Below are positions 39,831 to 51,483 of a DNA stretch of 64,000 nt, in pieces (the stretch's first letter is position 1; each line of letters opens with the position of its first letter). This DNA is from Lama guanicoe (Eukaryota). Made by a program: the position numbers and the translations under genes. The notes below the pieces were generated by a model. It worked only from the letters and a program-made list of their open reading frames with translations. It did not search any database and had not been told where the DNA came from. The DNA lies in assembly GCA_013239625.1 (NCBI GenBank), contig MU054925.1, positions 33,521,538 through 33,585,537 on the forward strand, read 5' to 3'.

Positions 39831-41849
39831 GAAAACACCAAAGAACAGTGCCATCCGATCCCTTCCCACATTCAGGCTGCCAGAGCCCTCAAAGCGGGAG
39901 CCACAGACCCAGCGTCCGCAGGCCAAGGCAGCACAGAGAGAAGAGGTGCCCCAGGAAGGCCTGGGGTTCCCAGGCAGGGTGCCGCAGGCCCAGCCCGGCC
40001 CAGACGCGCCCCGCACGAGGGTGGTGGACGCGGAGCAGGTCTCAGGCCTTCGTCTAGGAGTCATTTCCTGGGGCGCCTGCCCAAGTCTTACTCCAACCTG
40101 GGTGGAGCAGTTCTGAAGAAAAACCCAAGAGCTGCCAAGGCAACGCCAAGTGAAAAGTTTAAAAGCAGTTAATTTTAAATGATTACAGCTTTACCAAAAG
40201 CTGTGGCTGTGACTCCTTCTGACTCTGGTTATAACGTTCCAGAAAACACCTGCCTCGGCGAGGCCAGTCTTTGCATTATTTTCTATTCCTAGCACCACTA
40301 CAGCATGTTCTTTGATTTAATATTCGATAGGTTTTGTTCTCAAGGGCAAGCCCCACGAGAAGAAAAACGTCCCCCAGCGGAATGAAATATGACCACCTGT
40401 TCCCATGTTGCTTTCCTGTTCCTCCTCAAATGTTCTGCGTTCATTTCAAACTCGAGGCTGCGTCTCTGATGTCACGCTGCTCCCACACTGTCACCCAAAC
40501 CAGAGCAAAGTCACCCGATGTCCAGGTGGACTTGGTCTCCTAGAGATGCCGAAGGCACCGAGCCTGGAAGGAGATGGGGGTCCGAGAGCAGAAAGGCAGT
40601 GAAAGAGCCTGTGTCTGAGGAGGCCAGCCCCAAGCAAGGTGACATGAGACTCCAGGACAGGTCTCAGCCCCGTCTCAGGCCAGAGGACATCACGGAGGTG
40701 GCACTGGAGAGAACCTTCTGGTACCACACACACCTCCTAACAGGGTAGAGAAAGAAGAAGGCAGGCCTGCCTGGGGGAGCGTGGAGGGAGAGGCACTGGA
40801 GGCCACACGGATTCTAGGAGCTAAAGAAGTTAAGGCTAAGATTTCCACTGACTTACACCTTCAAATATGCCTCAATGTTTTAGGGCAAACATATGAATTC
40901 CATAAGGTAACATAACATATTTCTAGACAGATTCCTAAGAAACTAGGGGCAAAGAAAACCAGAGGAATTTTTTGGTTTGTTTGTTTAGTGGGCTGGTTTT
41001 GCATCACAATAACACCCACATTCCTGGCATGGCCAGGGCCCCCTTTTGCCATCTGTGTTTGGACCATGAGGCCTGCTGGGCGTTATGTGCAGATGCCCAC
41101 GGAGGAATATAAAAACCTGGTGGAAAACACATGGTCGTTCACACATGAACCTGTTTCATGGGTCCAAAGAGAGCCTCTCAGACAAACTGCAGGGCACGCT
41201 CCGGGACAAAATGGCCTGCGGGCCAGTGCCTTCTCCCCACTGGCACCAAGAGCACAGAGAGCTGGAAAAACAGGGAAGGCAAAGGAGCTTAAGCATTATA
41301 AAGAACGCCCCTTCCAGGCTGCAGGGACTAGCATCCCTGGGCTGCTGGCTGACTGCTCTTCATAGCACGTAAGCCTGAGTCACACCTGTGAGGCTACGGA
41401 AGGTCCGCAGCTCTGGCCAGGGTGCGCAGAGAGGGTCCCAACCCGGCAGGAAGCACCGCTTAGACAGTGGGTGCGGGAGGTGAGCGATCAGGCGACAGTC
41501 ACAGCAGAAGAGCTGCTATTCATTAACCACTGGAACAAAAGACCCGGGGACAATGCACTGTTAATCCTCGCAGCCACCAGAGGACTATAAATTGCCAAGC
41601 CGAGATGCCGGCATTTTTCAGACCTCCTCCTTCTCACCAGAGTGAGATTGAGGATGGGTCCACGTCCCTCACCCCCACCCAAGTCTTTAAAACATACATT
41701 ACTGAATCTTTTTGAAGTTCTACCCCTGAAAGATTTATACTCTCAGATGGATCAGAGAAAAATCCTGCCCTGAAACACCAGCGCTGGGGCTGGAGTGGAC
41801 TGGCGTCCTCATCCACTCACACTGAGAACGTGCTTCGTGGTCAGGTCAG

Positions 41850-42020
41850 GGTGGATTCAGACTAGCTCTGACCCTGATGATCTGTGCTCCCTGACCTCTC
41901 TGAGCCTCTGCTTTTCCATCTGTAAAATGGGAGTGCCACTGCTTACACTCTAGGCTTGCTGTGAGGGTTAAACAAACAAGCAAACCAGCACTAGGCCAGC
42001 ACTAAGGACATGTTAATATC
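41850..42020 (+). mobile_element. MIR SINE
   Basis: ACCTCTCTGAGCCTCTGCTTTTCCATCTGTAAAATGGG...TGTGAGGGTTAAA. Confidence 0.75.
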
Positions 42021-45000
42021 ACTGTCACTGTGAACCCCAGCACCACTCAGAGGCCTTATCCACGGCCACAGGGGTCAACAAGGTAAAACCCAACTTTCTC
42101 TAAGTTAAGAACGTCTCTTTTGGTACCTGAAAGTACTTGGAGGGAACAATGGAATGAAAGAGAGCCAGCTTTACTTCAAGATGTATTAAACTTCAGAGAT
42201 ATCTCATGGAACTCAGACAGTCATTCTAATTTCCTTCTACTGGGGATAATGTATTCAGCAAGGGGTCAGAATCATTCTGCCATCCAGAACTCCAGCAAGA
42301 ACCACCCCCAGAAATCCCAGCTATAGGCGCACTGCCCACTGCCAGCAGAGTCGCTGCCCAGGGATCTTGCATCTTTCTAAAGCCGCAGCCTCATCACATC
42401 ACAAATCTACTTTAAAAGCTCTCCGAAGCCCCTAGAAGAAACCTTCACTGAGGGCCTCACCTAGGCCGCACTCACCACTCCATGCGATCCAGCCACCAAC
42501 CCTCCTGCCTTTGCCTTCATCACCTCCCCACGCACCACGCTGATTTCCAGCCGCGGGCAGTGGTCCCCGGCTCTAAGGAGACCAGCCGCAGAGCCTCGGC
42601 CAGGTAGGGCCCCGGGGAAAGCCCGAGCAGGTCACTTTGCACGGGCACGGCGCTCTCTCCCTGGCTCTGCTGTCGGCTCCCGGAGGGAGGGGAGAGAGCC
42701 GACCACGCGCCTGGCCCCTGTGACTCGATTCTGTCTGCCATCCTGTGACGGCCCAGGGGCTGGCACACGGCTTCACTGATTTGGAGCTTGCCTCCCCTGC
42801 CAGGCGCCGGCCCCAGCGCTGAGGACACACTGGTGGGGGGGGCAGTTTCTGCTCCGCTCCCCTGGAGGACAGAGGCCGTCAACAAGTAGACGCATGAAGA
42901 GCATCAGACAGGAAGCAAAAGAGGGGCACGAGGAAGTACAAGGCAGAGAGCTGGGGGCACTCTGGGTTGCCAGGTCAGAGGTGGCCTCTCCGAGGAAGTG
43001 ACGGCCGAGCTGAAGCTTACACAGGCGGAGCCAGATGGACCACACAGGGCACATCTCTATCCGACAAGCAGAGACGAGGCTAGTGCGGCTGGAGGCCAGC
43101 AGCAGGGAAGCGGCTCAGGGGAGGGAAGGGTCCCACAGCCCATAAGGAGGAGGCTGCAGTCACGGTGGGGTCACCAGGGCCCCAGGACGGTCCTGAAGCG
43201 GAGGGCTGACGAACACCTGTGAAAGGAGCAGGCTGTCCCCAGGCGGGGGGTGCAGTGCAGGGAGGAGGGGAGGAAGAACAAGTCCAGGACCGCAGAGACT
43301 GGCGCATGAAGCCAGGACATGGCCTCTGGAGCCATTCCGAGAAGGCAAAGATGTGTGTGGCCTGTGGATCCTGACAAAAGCTGAGGGGCTTCCCCAGACC
43401 CAGGCTAGGGCAGCAGAGCGAGGCTCCAATACCGGCCCAGGGAACTGCACTTTCCAAGCTCCTGGCTCCTCACCTGAAAACCGGGCAACACCCCCGACAC
43501 TCCCACCACGGGGGCTGCTGCATGGACGGGTGAGCAGGCACTCAAATATGAGCACCTTCCCCTCAGAAGGAAGACCCTCTTGCTTTCCTGAGGAGGAGGG
43601 TGGGAGTCTGGTCTATTTAAGGAGGAACAGCAGCAGCCCTGGTCCCGCCGTGCACAAGCTCAGCCCTGTGTTAACACCTCTAAGAAGGCGAGGCATGTCT
43701 CCTGCCCCGGGAGGTGAGAGGAAAGTGAGAAGTGTCACGATATCCATGCAAGAGGAGGGACCTGCCTCTTCCTTTCTTCCACAAGTTTATAGTCTAAACC
43801 AAGGACTCGCCAAATTCTTGGGGGCATTATAATTTGGTGCCTGAAACCTTCTGTCCTATGAAGAGAGCTCCGTGAACGCGTGCATGGAAGGGGCGGCAGC
43901 TCTGGAGTCCAGCAGAGGTGGCCCTGGGCTGCGCCTCTTACCAGCAGCCCCTGAAGTCCCAGTTCCCTCGACTGTCGAACAGGAACCCCCATGGTCCATG
44001 CATCGTTTGCCCAGGGAGTGGCAAATGTGCAAGAAAAGCAAATCCACTGGAGACCTGCCAAGTGTGGACGGTCCAGTCAGGTTCAAGGTCGCACAGTTGG
44101 TGTGGTTTCTCCTTCCCAGGCCTCAGCTCAGTTCTGACTCCAGAAGCATGCCCTTTACTCTTTACACCTTTCACAAGGAAAAGACCAACAGTCTGCCACT
44201 TCACTTTTTTAACTTCCAGCCTAGACTGGCTCAGAGAACATGTCTTAAAATCTATCTGGATGTAACCAAACAGAATTCAGTTACAAGGGAACGGGGAGAG
44301 GGCTGAGAGAATCATGCCCCTAAGCACGCGTCTGATGACTGGAGCCTGGCTGGAGTAGAAGACGAGGTCTGGTTGCCTGCGCTGGGTCCTTGCTCCCCTC
44401 TGGGCCTCCATTTCCTCTATTAGAAAATGGGGCGATGACCTCAGACTGCCCACAGCATGGACAAGACGGGAGAGAACAGGGCGAAAGTAGTCAAACTCAT
44501 CACTACAGCTGGGACCCGCGACGCCCCATGACCAGAGCAGCCGTCCAACAGCAGGCGGACAGAACCATCTGACCAACGCAGTTTCCACACGTGCTGGTAG
44601 GCACAGAGACTGCTGGAAGGAGAGGAGGAAGCGGAAAGGAGGTGCCAGCTCCTGGGTCGGCGGTGAGGAGGGAATCACACACCCTTGTGTCACTGCTTGT
44701 GTTATTGTGCCATGTTTCTCTGAATGTATTTAAACAAGTTTTAAAGTCCCATTCACAGATGAAGTGTAGTGAAATGCGTGTGACAAGTAATCCACGAAGG
44801 CACGAAAGTGGCTTCCTCCTCTGGAGAAATGGGAGGGGTAATCACAGGACTTCTGCCCGATGTGCAATGTTCTGTTTCTTCATGAATTCACGTACTACCT
44901 GAATCATTCAAATTAATTACATGGTGCATCTCAGGAGGGCACCGGGCAGTGTCCACCATGACCAAAGTACACCAGCCATCTGCCCGGCATCTCAGTTCCA

Positions 45001-45449
45001 GGAGCCGTTGGTGCAGACACCCCAGCACACTGCCAAAGACCGCTGTTCCAGAAAACTCACAAGCATTGGTAGCAAACACGGGGAACCACATAAACGTTCA
45101 TCACTAAGAGAACAGGAAAATGGTGGTACAAGTGTACAATGCAATTTGGTGTAATCTTTGAAAAGAATGCTGTCACTTTATATGTAGGGACAGGGAGCCC
45201 CGAGTATTGAGTAAGATAGTGATTGTGGTGTTACCATTTTGTGAAAAAAGAAAAAGAACAGGAGGCGGGGGGGGGGCTGACATACACACGGGCAGGCCTG
45301 TCTTCACAGGGAGCGCTTGCGAACTGACAGAGCGGGGACAGTGGTCGGCTGAGGAGACCAAGGGCAGGTGAGTGGAGACTTCCCGCACACTTTCCGCGGT
45401 CCTGGAGCTTCCGCAACTTGTGCGTGCCTGACAAACACGTGTTGTCAAA

Positions 45450-46420
45450 GAACTGAACTCTCCCGTCGTCTCCAGGGGCGCCCCTGCCCGGCGAGGCGCC
45501 CCCCGCCCCGGGCGCCTCCCGAGCCCGCGCCCGCCCGCCCGCCCGCCCGCGCTCACCGCCGATGATGGTCCGGATGAGGGAGGCGTGCCCGGGGCAGTCG
45601 ACCAGCGTGACCTGGAGCCGCGGCTCGGCCCCGGGCTCGGCGTCGGCCCCGGCCCCCGGCAGCGCCGGCCGCAGGCGCGCGGGCAGCGGCACCGAGAAGC
45701 AGGAGAAGCCCAGGTCGAGCGTGATGCCGCGCTCGCGGCTCTGCGGCTGCTTGTCGAAGGCGGCGGTGGAGGCCGTGGTGCTGAGCGCGCGCGCCAGCGC
45801 CGTCTTGCCGCTGTCGATGTGGCCCAGCACGCCCACGTTCACGTTCAGCCGCCGGCCCGCCATGCTCCCCGCGCCGCCCCTCCGCGCCGCCGCGCGGTCC
45901 GCCCGCTAAGCGGCCCCCGCCTGCCCGCGCCCCGCACGCGCGTTCCGGCGCCGAAGCTTCCGGCCCGCCGGCCGCCCNNNNNNNNNNNNNNNNNNNNNNC
46001 GCGCCCGGCCCGCGGGGCCGCGCGCCGCGCGGAGGGGCTGGAGACGTCGCCAGGGCCCCGCGGGGACCGAGAAGCTCCAGGGAAGAGGGAAGCGGCCGTG
46101 GATGGGCTGGCGCCGAGGCGGCGGACGGTCCGCAGAGGCCTCCCCGACCTGCTGGCTGAGCTGCGAGCCGGCGTGGGAAAGCCCAGGGAAGCCGCCCGGG
46201 ACTCGGCCTGGGCAGCGCGCCCGCCGCCCGGCTCCGCGCGGCCTGCAGAGCTCCGCGCTGCGGGGACAGTCTGTGTGTGCGCGTGTGCCGGCCACAGCCG
46301 GCAGCTCCCACCCCACGCTCTTGAAATGTCCAGAAAGGCCGTCACCCCGAGTCAGCAACCGGGGGCGGCCAGGCGGGTGACTCAGGAGAGAAAGCGGCAG
46401 GTTTAGGCAGCGGGGACGGT
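45450..46420. promoter_or_regulatory. CpG island / promoter of EEFSEC
   Basis: Very high GC and CpG density over exon 1 and upstream, GC-box-like CCCCGCC elements, no TATA box seen. Includes a 22-nt N gap (45978-45999). Confidence 0.9.
45557..45863 (-). CDS. EEFSEC: Selenocysteine-specific elongation factor eEFSec, coding exon 1 (N-terminal G domain)
   Basis: Translates MAGRRLNVNVGVLGHIDSGKTALARAL...RERGITLDLGF...VTLVDCPGHASLIRTIIG, with translational-GTPase G1 (GHIDSGKT), G2 (RGIT) and G3 (DCPGH) motifs typical of SelB/eEFSec. Ends at a phase-1 donor G|GTGAGC (45557/45556). Start context AGC-ATG-G, inside a CpG island. No exon 2 recognised in the window. Confidence 0.97.
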
Positions 46421-46714
46421 GGAGGCTGGGAAGTGGAGGGAGTACGTGTCCTGTGTAAAGAAAGGGGGAGCGGTGCTCAGCTTCAGCCCAGCGACACCAG
46501 GCCGGACGGCAGCCCAACACTGCTCCATGTTCCCAGTTTTCAAGAGAAGGGAGTATTTCTATATGAAATTTGACTTGCACGTGTCAGCAGAATTTGGCAC
46601 CCCTTCTGGAAGCTTCCTCCACATCATGTCCTGCACTAGCCACAATTTGTGAGTGTAAATGACAAAAACCCACCATGAAACTGAGTTGAGCAAAGTAGTG
46701 TAGCCCAGTCCCTG

Positions 46715-46895
46715 GCCGCAGACTCCTGTGCACCAATCTGGCCTCCACCGTCTGAAAGCTGTGTAGCCTTGGGCAAGTTACAAAACCTCTTTATGCGTCT
46801 TTGTGTTTCTTCATTTGTAAAGTAGGAGGACGTAAGAGTTCTTGTCCCACAGGGTTGTGAGGATTAAACCCGCTGGAATCTGGCACTGTTCCGAG
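46715..46895 (+). mobile_element. MIR SINE
   Basis: GCTGTGTAGCCTTGGGCAAGTTAC...TCATTTGTAAA...CAGGGTTGTGAGGATTAAA. Confidence 0.8.
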
Positions 46896-48404
46896 TGCTA
46901 CCTGGCGATGCCTGCGGTCAGGGCTGTAGCAGCATGCATGTGTAACTCCATAAGCCCAACTGAAAACCCGGGGGAAGCTTGTGTCTGTCACGGCCTCATG
47001 CAAGGGCTCAGATGACAACACGGAGGCACATGCTTTGTTCTGTCTCTGTCTCTCCTTCCTCTGGGTGATCTCCGTTCCCGGCAGCCTCACCTCTAAGCAG
47101 ACAACCTCAGCAACCCTACAGTACTCGCCCTGGGGTCTCACTGGCCCTGATTAAGTTGTGGCCCCTGCACAGTGGCTGCCCAGGCAGGTGTAAAGCCGTA
47201 AGCTCAGAGCCAGGAGGAGCTGGGGGGTGCCCTGTAGGAACTGAAGTGCTGTTGCCAGCAAAACGCCGGACACATGGTGTCCCCTCCTGTGTATTTTGTC
47301 TCCATGCTGGCTTCCATCACAGTGAGGCGACTCCGCTTCAGAGCAGGCCGGGCTCCCGTGTGCTCTCCTGGTCCCAGGAGGCTGAGGACCCCTTCCGCAC
47401 CTTTGCTCTCCCATGGCCTGGCACAAGCAGAGGCTGCACGAGTGTTTCTTGAGTGGACTCACCCCAACACCTCTAGCCCACAGGGACCCCCTCCTCTGCA
47501 GCAGATGCCTGGGTCCCAGGCATCCCAAGGCTGGGTCCGGTCCCTGGGTATGATTGACGGGGAAAGGCCCACAGAACGGCGTTTATTTGGAATTTGTTCT
47601 TCACATTAATGCGATGCAGGTTCCTTTTTGTTTCTTTAATGCCATTTTTCTATTCGATAGTTCAAAGTTCTTCACAAGCAGCTAGTAATTAATTCAACTT
47701 CATTAAGGCCCATTAATCCAGGATTAATTATAAATTTGCCCAGAGGAAGTTATTATACTTTTCTCTTTGATTTGAGTTGTGTCTTTAAAGATTCTTTTAG
47801 GAATGAAATGGAAATTTCCCTTTTCTCCAAGGGTATTTACCTTGCCAGTGATGGTGTTAACTGTGTACCTTCCTTGACATGTCCCGTACTAACCTCAGAT
47901 AAGCCTGTCACCAGGCCGCCACGGTGCTCCGTGGCACTCCAGCACTGAACAGATCTGCTAATGTCCCATTAGCTGCAGAGCCAGGGAGCTGCTGTCCTAT
48001 CCAGGTTCAGATCATGGCGCAACCTCACGCTGGCTGTGCTTCCCGGTCTCTTTCACCTGCACGTGGACATACTAGTGTTTTACAAGCGCATTAAAGGCCG
48101 GGATGGTCAGCGTCCCTTCCCTCTTCTTCTGTAAGAATCCTCGACTCTCCTCGGAGGCACTGCACGCCCTCTCCTCCAGGTCACGGTGGGGGCTGACCTC
48201 ACTCGAGCCCCAGGGGTGGACTCAGGTCCACTCCACCAGCCATGGCCATTGGTTTGACAGTGAGCATGTGATCTAAGTTAGCACAATCGGAGAAAACTCT
48301 GGAAATTATTTCCAGGGTAAGCGATACAAGTGTGCTCGCTGATGCTGGACTAAAACCTGGGGAAAGCAGTCTGGGCTGTGCTGGGGCACCAGGAGGGGAG
48401 CCCG

Positions 48405-48853
48405 GCCATGAAAGAATGGCAGCCCTCTGAAGATGTCCACGTCCGGGACCCTGTGAGTGTGTTGCCCTGCACGGTAATGGGACTTTACAGGTAAGGATCC
48501 TGAGATGGGGTGAGCACCCTGTACTATCCCGGGGGGCGGATGCAGCCACCAGTGTCCTTATAGGAGGAAGGCAGGACGATCAGAGCCAGAGAGACGGCAT
48601 CATGAGAAGATGCCACTGTCTTCAAAGATGGAAGCAGCACATGAGTCCAGGAATGTGGGTGGCCTGTAGGAGCTGGCAAAGGCCAGGCTGTGGTGCTCCC
48701 CGGGAGCCCCCAGAGAGGAAAGAAGACACCATGATTTCAGCCAAGTGAGGCCCAGCTTGGATACCGACTTACAGAACCGTAAAAGGATGCATGTGTTGTT
48801 TTAAGCTACTGAGTTTGTAGCATTTTGTTGCCGCAGCCACAGGAAACGTCTAC
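48405..48853 (+). mobile_element. MLT1 (MaLR) solo LTR, MLT1D-like
   Basis: AAGATGTCCACGTCC...GGATCCTGAGATGGGG...AGGAATGTGGGTGGCCT...GTTGTTTTAAGCTACTGAGTTTGT...GCAGCCACAGGAAAC, ending in ACA. Confidence 0.85.
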
Positions 48854-49819
48854 AGACGTGTGGCTGGTGTGCTGGGTCTGTCTGCATTTATCAGGCCAGC
48901 AAATGGCTCCTAACTCCGTCCCACTGGTCGGGCGTATGGAGGCCCTCACCAGGCCTGCCCCCTGTCCCTGGACCACAGTCTGACTGCTAAGGCCTATACA
49001 CTGCTCCCTCGCAGCGGAGGGTGCAGTTGGAGGCGCAGGCTGGCCCTTGCTAACCTGACCCCTCTCCAGCCCAGCTTCCTGCCTCAGGCTCCCAAGCAGT
49101 TCCCGTGAGCGCCCCCAGGTACTGTCTTAGTTTGAAAAGCACAAAATTACCGCCGAGGCAGGACACACACGCAGAAGGCAGCCATCCAGGGGAGACAGAG
49201 CCCCGTCTTGATGCTCCAAGGCTCTGGTGCCATTGTCTGCACCCCTCCCAGCGCTAGAGCCGTGGTTAACAGAGCTCACTGAACTCTCCCAATAATCCTA
49301 GGAGGGGCTGCCATTGCTGTTTTACAGCAGGCGGGAGAGGACCTAGAGAGGTAACTTGCTTAGGAAAGGTCAGGATCTGAGTCCAGGTCATCCAGGTGGG
49401 AGTCAGAGGCATCCACGCTGCCAGGAGCGCAGGCCCATCTGTTCCCTGTTGGCTGATCCTTGTTTTACGTTGGGTTTCCTCAACCCCCATGATGTGAACC
49501 ATCTTCATGACTGATGCACTATCCAGGTACTACCTATAACTTAATACTTAAGTTTGACTCAAATGAAAATAGAAAAACATCGTCATTTGCCAAAAACAGC
49601 CAGGAACCACAAAAACCTCCTTTTCAGAATCTTTAATGAAAAGAGAGATGAGCAAGAGTTAGAGTTAAAGTCACATTCCAGCCCCGAGATCCACAGAACT
49701 AGAATTAAAAAGCAGCCGTGTCTCGCCACGTGGATCAGTGTTATTTAATCATGTGTCTTTGTACCACGTCTAAGGTGCCAGCAAAATCACCCCTGTCCCT
49801 TCTGTCCCCAGCAGTCAGC

Positions 49820-50415
49820 CTGGGGCTGAAATAACACGCATTCCGGTGAGGTTGGCAACAGTCAGAAAGGTGGGTAGCTCCAAATGCTGGTGAGAACGCG
49901 GGAACACCGACCACAGACTAAGCCGATTTGCTTACAAATGTGACTGTTTCAACGGGATCTTTCTCCGACTTTGATTCTGATTGGTTTGGGTCCTGGGGAT
50001 GTGAAGTGCACTCCAGACACAGGGAATCATCCTGCTTGGAACCAGCATGGTAATCTCTGAGCTAAGTAGTATTCCCTCAAAAACTTTAAATGCACATTTG
50101 CAGCCGCTAACCACCTAGCAAATGATCTCCCTGAGACTGGACCATAGAAGAAGGAACGAAGAGAATCACCGACATAAAGACTGTGAACCATACCTTGGGA
50201 CCTGTGAACACCACTCGGAGGTTCAGCAAACCCTGGGATGGCTCCACAGTGGTAGCTGGGAGTAGCGCCAACACCTCAAATTTTTATGACATCTCTCAGG
50301 ATGAGCATCTGATCAAAAGGGGGGAATTGTTGAAAATAAAGACAACAGGCCCCAAGTGGAGTCAATTATGCTAAGCCCCAAGCACCAAACCAAGACTTAA
50401 TTACAGGTTCAGCTC
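49820..50415 (+). mobile_element. Endogenous retrovirus relic: env TM remnant, polypurine tract and start of 3' LTR (probably ERV1/MER34-like)
   Basis: PPT AAAAGGGGGGAA at 50315-50326, followed by TGTTGAAAATAAAG... at 50328. Upstream frameshifted peptides FDSDWFGSWG and SALQTQGIILL resemble the membrane-proximal TM region of a gamma-type env. Confidence 0.6.
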
Positions 50416-50790
50416 TTTTCCCATTGAATGGTCTTGGCCCATTGATCAGATGCATGAGGATCTACTCCTGGGCTCTCTGTTCTGCTCCATTGGTCTGTGT
50501 CTGTCCCAATGCTGGTACCACACTGGTTTGACTGCTGCAGATTTGTGGTAAGTTTTGAAATCAGGAAGTGGAAGACTGACACCTTTGTGCTTCTTTTTCA
50601 AGATTGGCTATTTGGAGTCCCTTGAAATTTCATTTCATGGGTTTTTCTATTTCTGCAAAAAATGTCAGTGTGTGTTTTAAGATGGGAAAGATTACGTTTA
50701 TATTCTTTGGTGTGTTGGTTTTTGTACTCTGCAACTCTGCAGAATTTATTAGCTCTAACAATCTTTTTGTGTGGATTCTTCAGGGTTGTC
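50416..50790 (-). mobile_element. Old L1 ORF2 fragment
   Basis: TTTTCCCATTGAATGGTCTTGGC, CTCTGTTCTGCTCCATTGGTCT, GTAAGTTTTGAAATCAGGAAGTG, TTCTTTTTCAAGATTG: antisense L1 ORF2. Confidence 0.8.
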
Positions 50791-51009
50791 TGTCTACAGG
50801 GTTATGTGGCGAGTGATCAGGGAGAACAGATGGAAACAGAGAAAAAGGAGAAAAGGAGGGTGGAGTGAGGCCTCTGAGTGATGGGGGGCCCACGGGGCTG
50901 TCTGGAACCCAGTCAGTAGGGTTACCTTGGCTAGCAGCAAGGTCATGTCTGCCGCTGAGCTGGGACACAAGGAGAGCCCAGCAGTGCCTGGAAGCTTAGG
51001 GTAGAGACT

Positions 51010-51483
51010 AAAGAGTTGTTTCCAACCTACCTTCTCCCCCTTTTTTCATAGGAACAGCATTTTTAGCTGGACATATACCTATCTAGCTAAAGCCCTCATC
51101 TGACAGCCTCTTTTGCAGCTACCTGCAGCCATCTGATTAAGTGTGACCACTGGGATGTGAGTAGAAGGGATGGTGCAACTTGAGGTCAAAATTAAATGGG
51201 TGGGGCACAGCCCCCCTGCCCCCCTTCTCCCTTTGGCTGGTGTGAATGCAGCTTTTGAGGGGCGCTCCAACTGCCACCTTGGACCATGCTATAGAAGGTG
51301 TGCGTGGGCAACGGCAGAGTGACACGGCAGAGGAGGACAGGTCCTTAATGATTACAAAGCCAGCAGACGGGTGGAACACCTGCTTGGACTTTATATGAGG
51401 AAGCATAGCTTCTATATTGTTTAATTCACCATTATTTCCAAGCTCCCTGTTAATGCAGCTGAATGGCCATCCTATCTAATACA
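51010..51483 (+). mobile_element. MLT1 (I/J-like) solo LTR
   Basis: CAGCCTCTTTTGCAGCTA, GGATGTGAGTAGAAG, GCCACCTTGGACCATG and the terminal GCAGCTGAA...CTAATACA. Confidence 0.7.

Larger units (their letters stand above)
1..45556 (-). other. EEFSEC: EEFSEC intron 1 (partial, continues beyond window start)
   Basis: Begins at the GTGAG donor after exon 1. No sequence encoding the expected continuation (GAQIIDLMMLVID...) was seen. EEFSEC is known to have a very large first intron. Confidence 0.85.

Noticed and set aside
64-45200. Hundreds of 60-230 aa ORFs in the EEFSEC intron as a possible nested gene or retrocopy
   Set aside because: Many start at non-ATG codons, none shows a recognisable domain or coherent exon chain, and I saw no poly(A)/TSD retrocopy signature.
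45231-45556. C-terminal half of the 210-aa EEFSEC ORF
   Set aside because: Read-through past the GTGAG donor into intron 1; similarity to eEFSec stops at IRTIIG.
45553-46580. Overlapping 166-273 aa ORFs around the EEFSEC promoter
   Set aside because: Shadow frames of a CpG island spanning Ns; only the G-domain frame has recognisable motifs.
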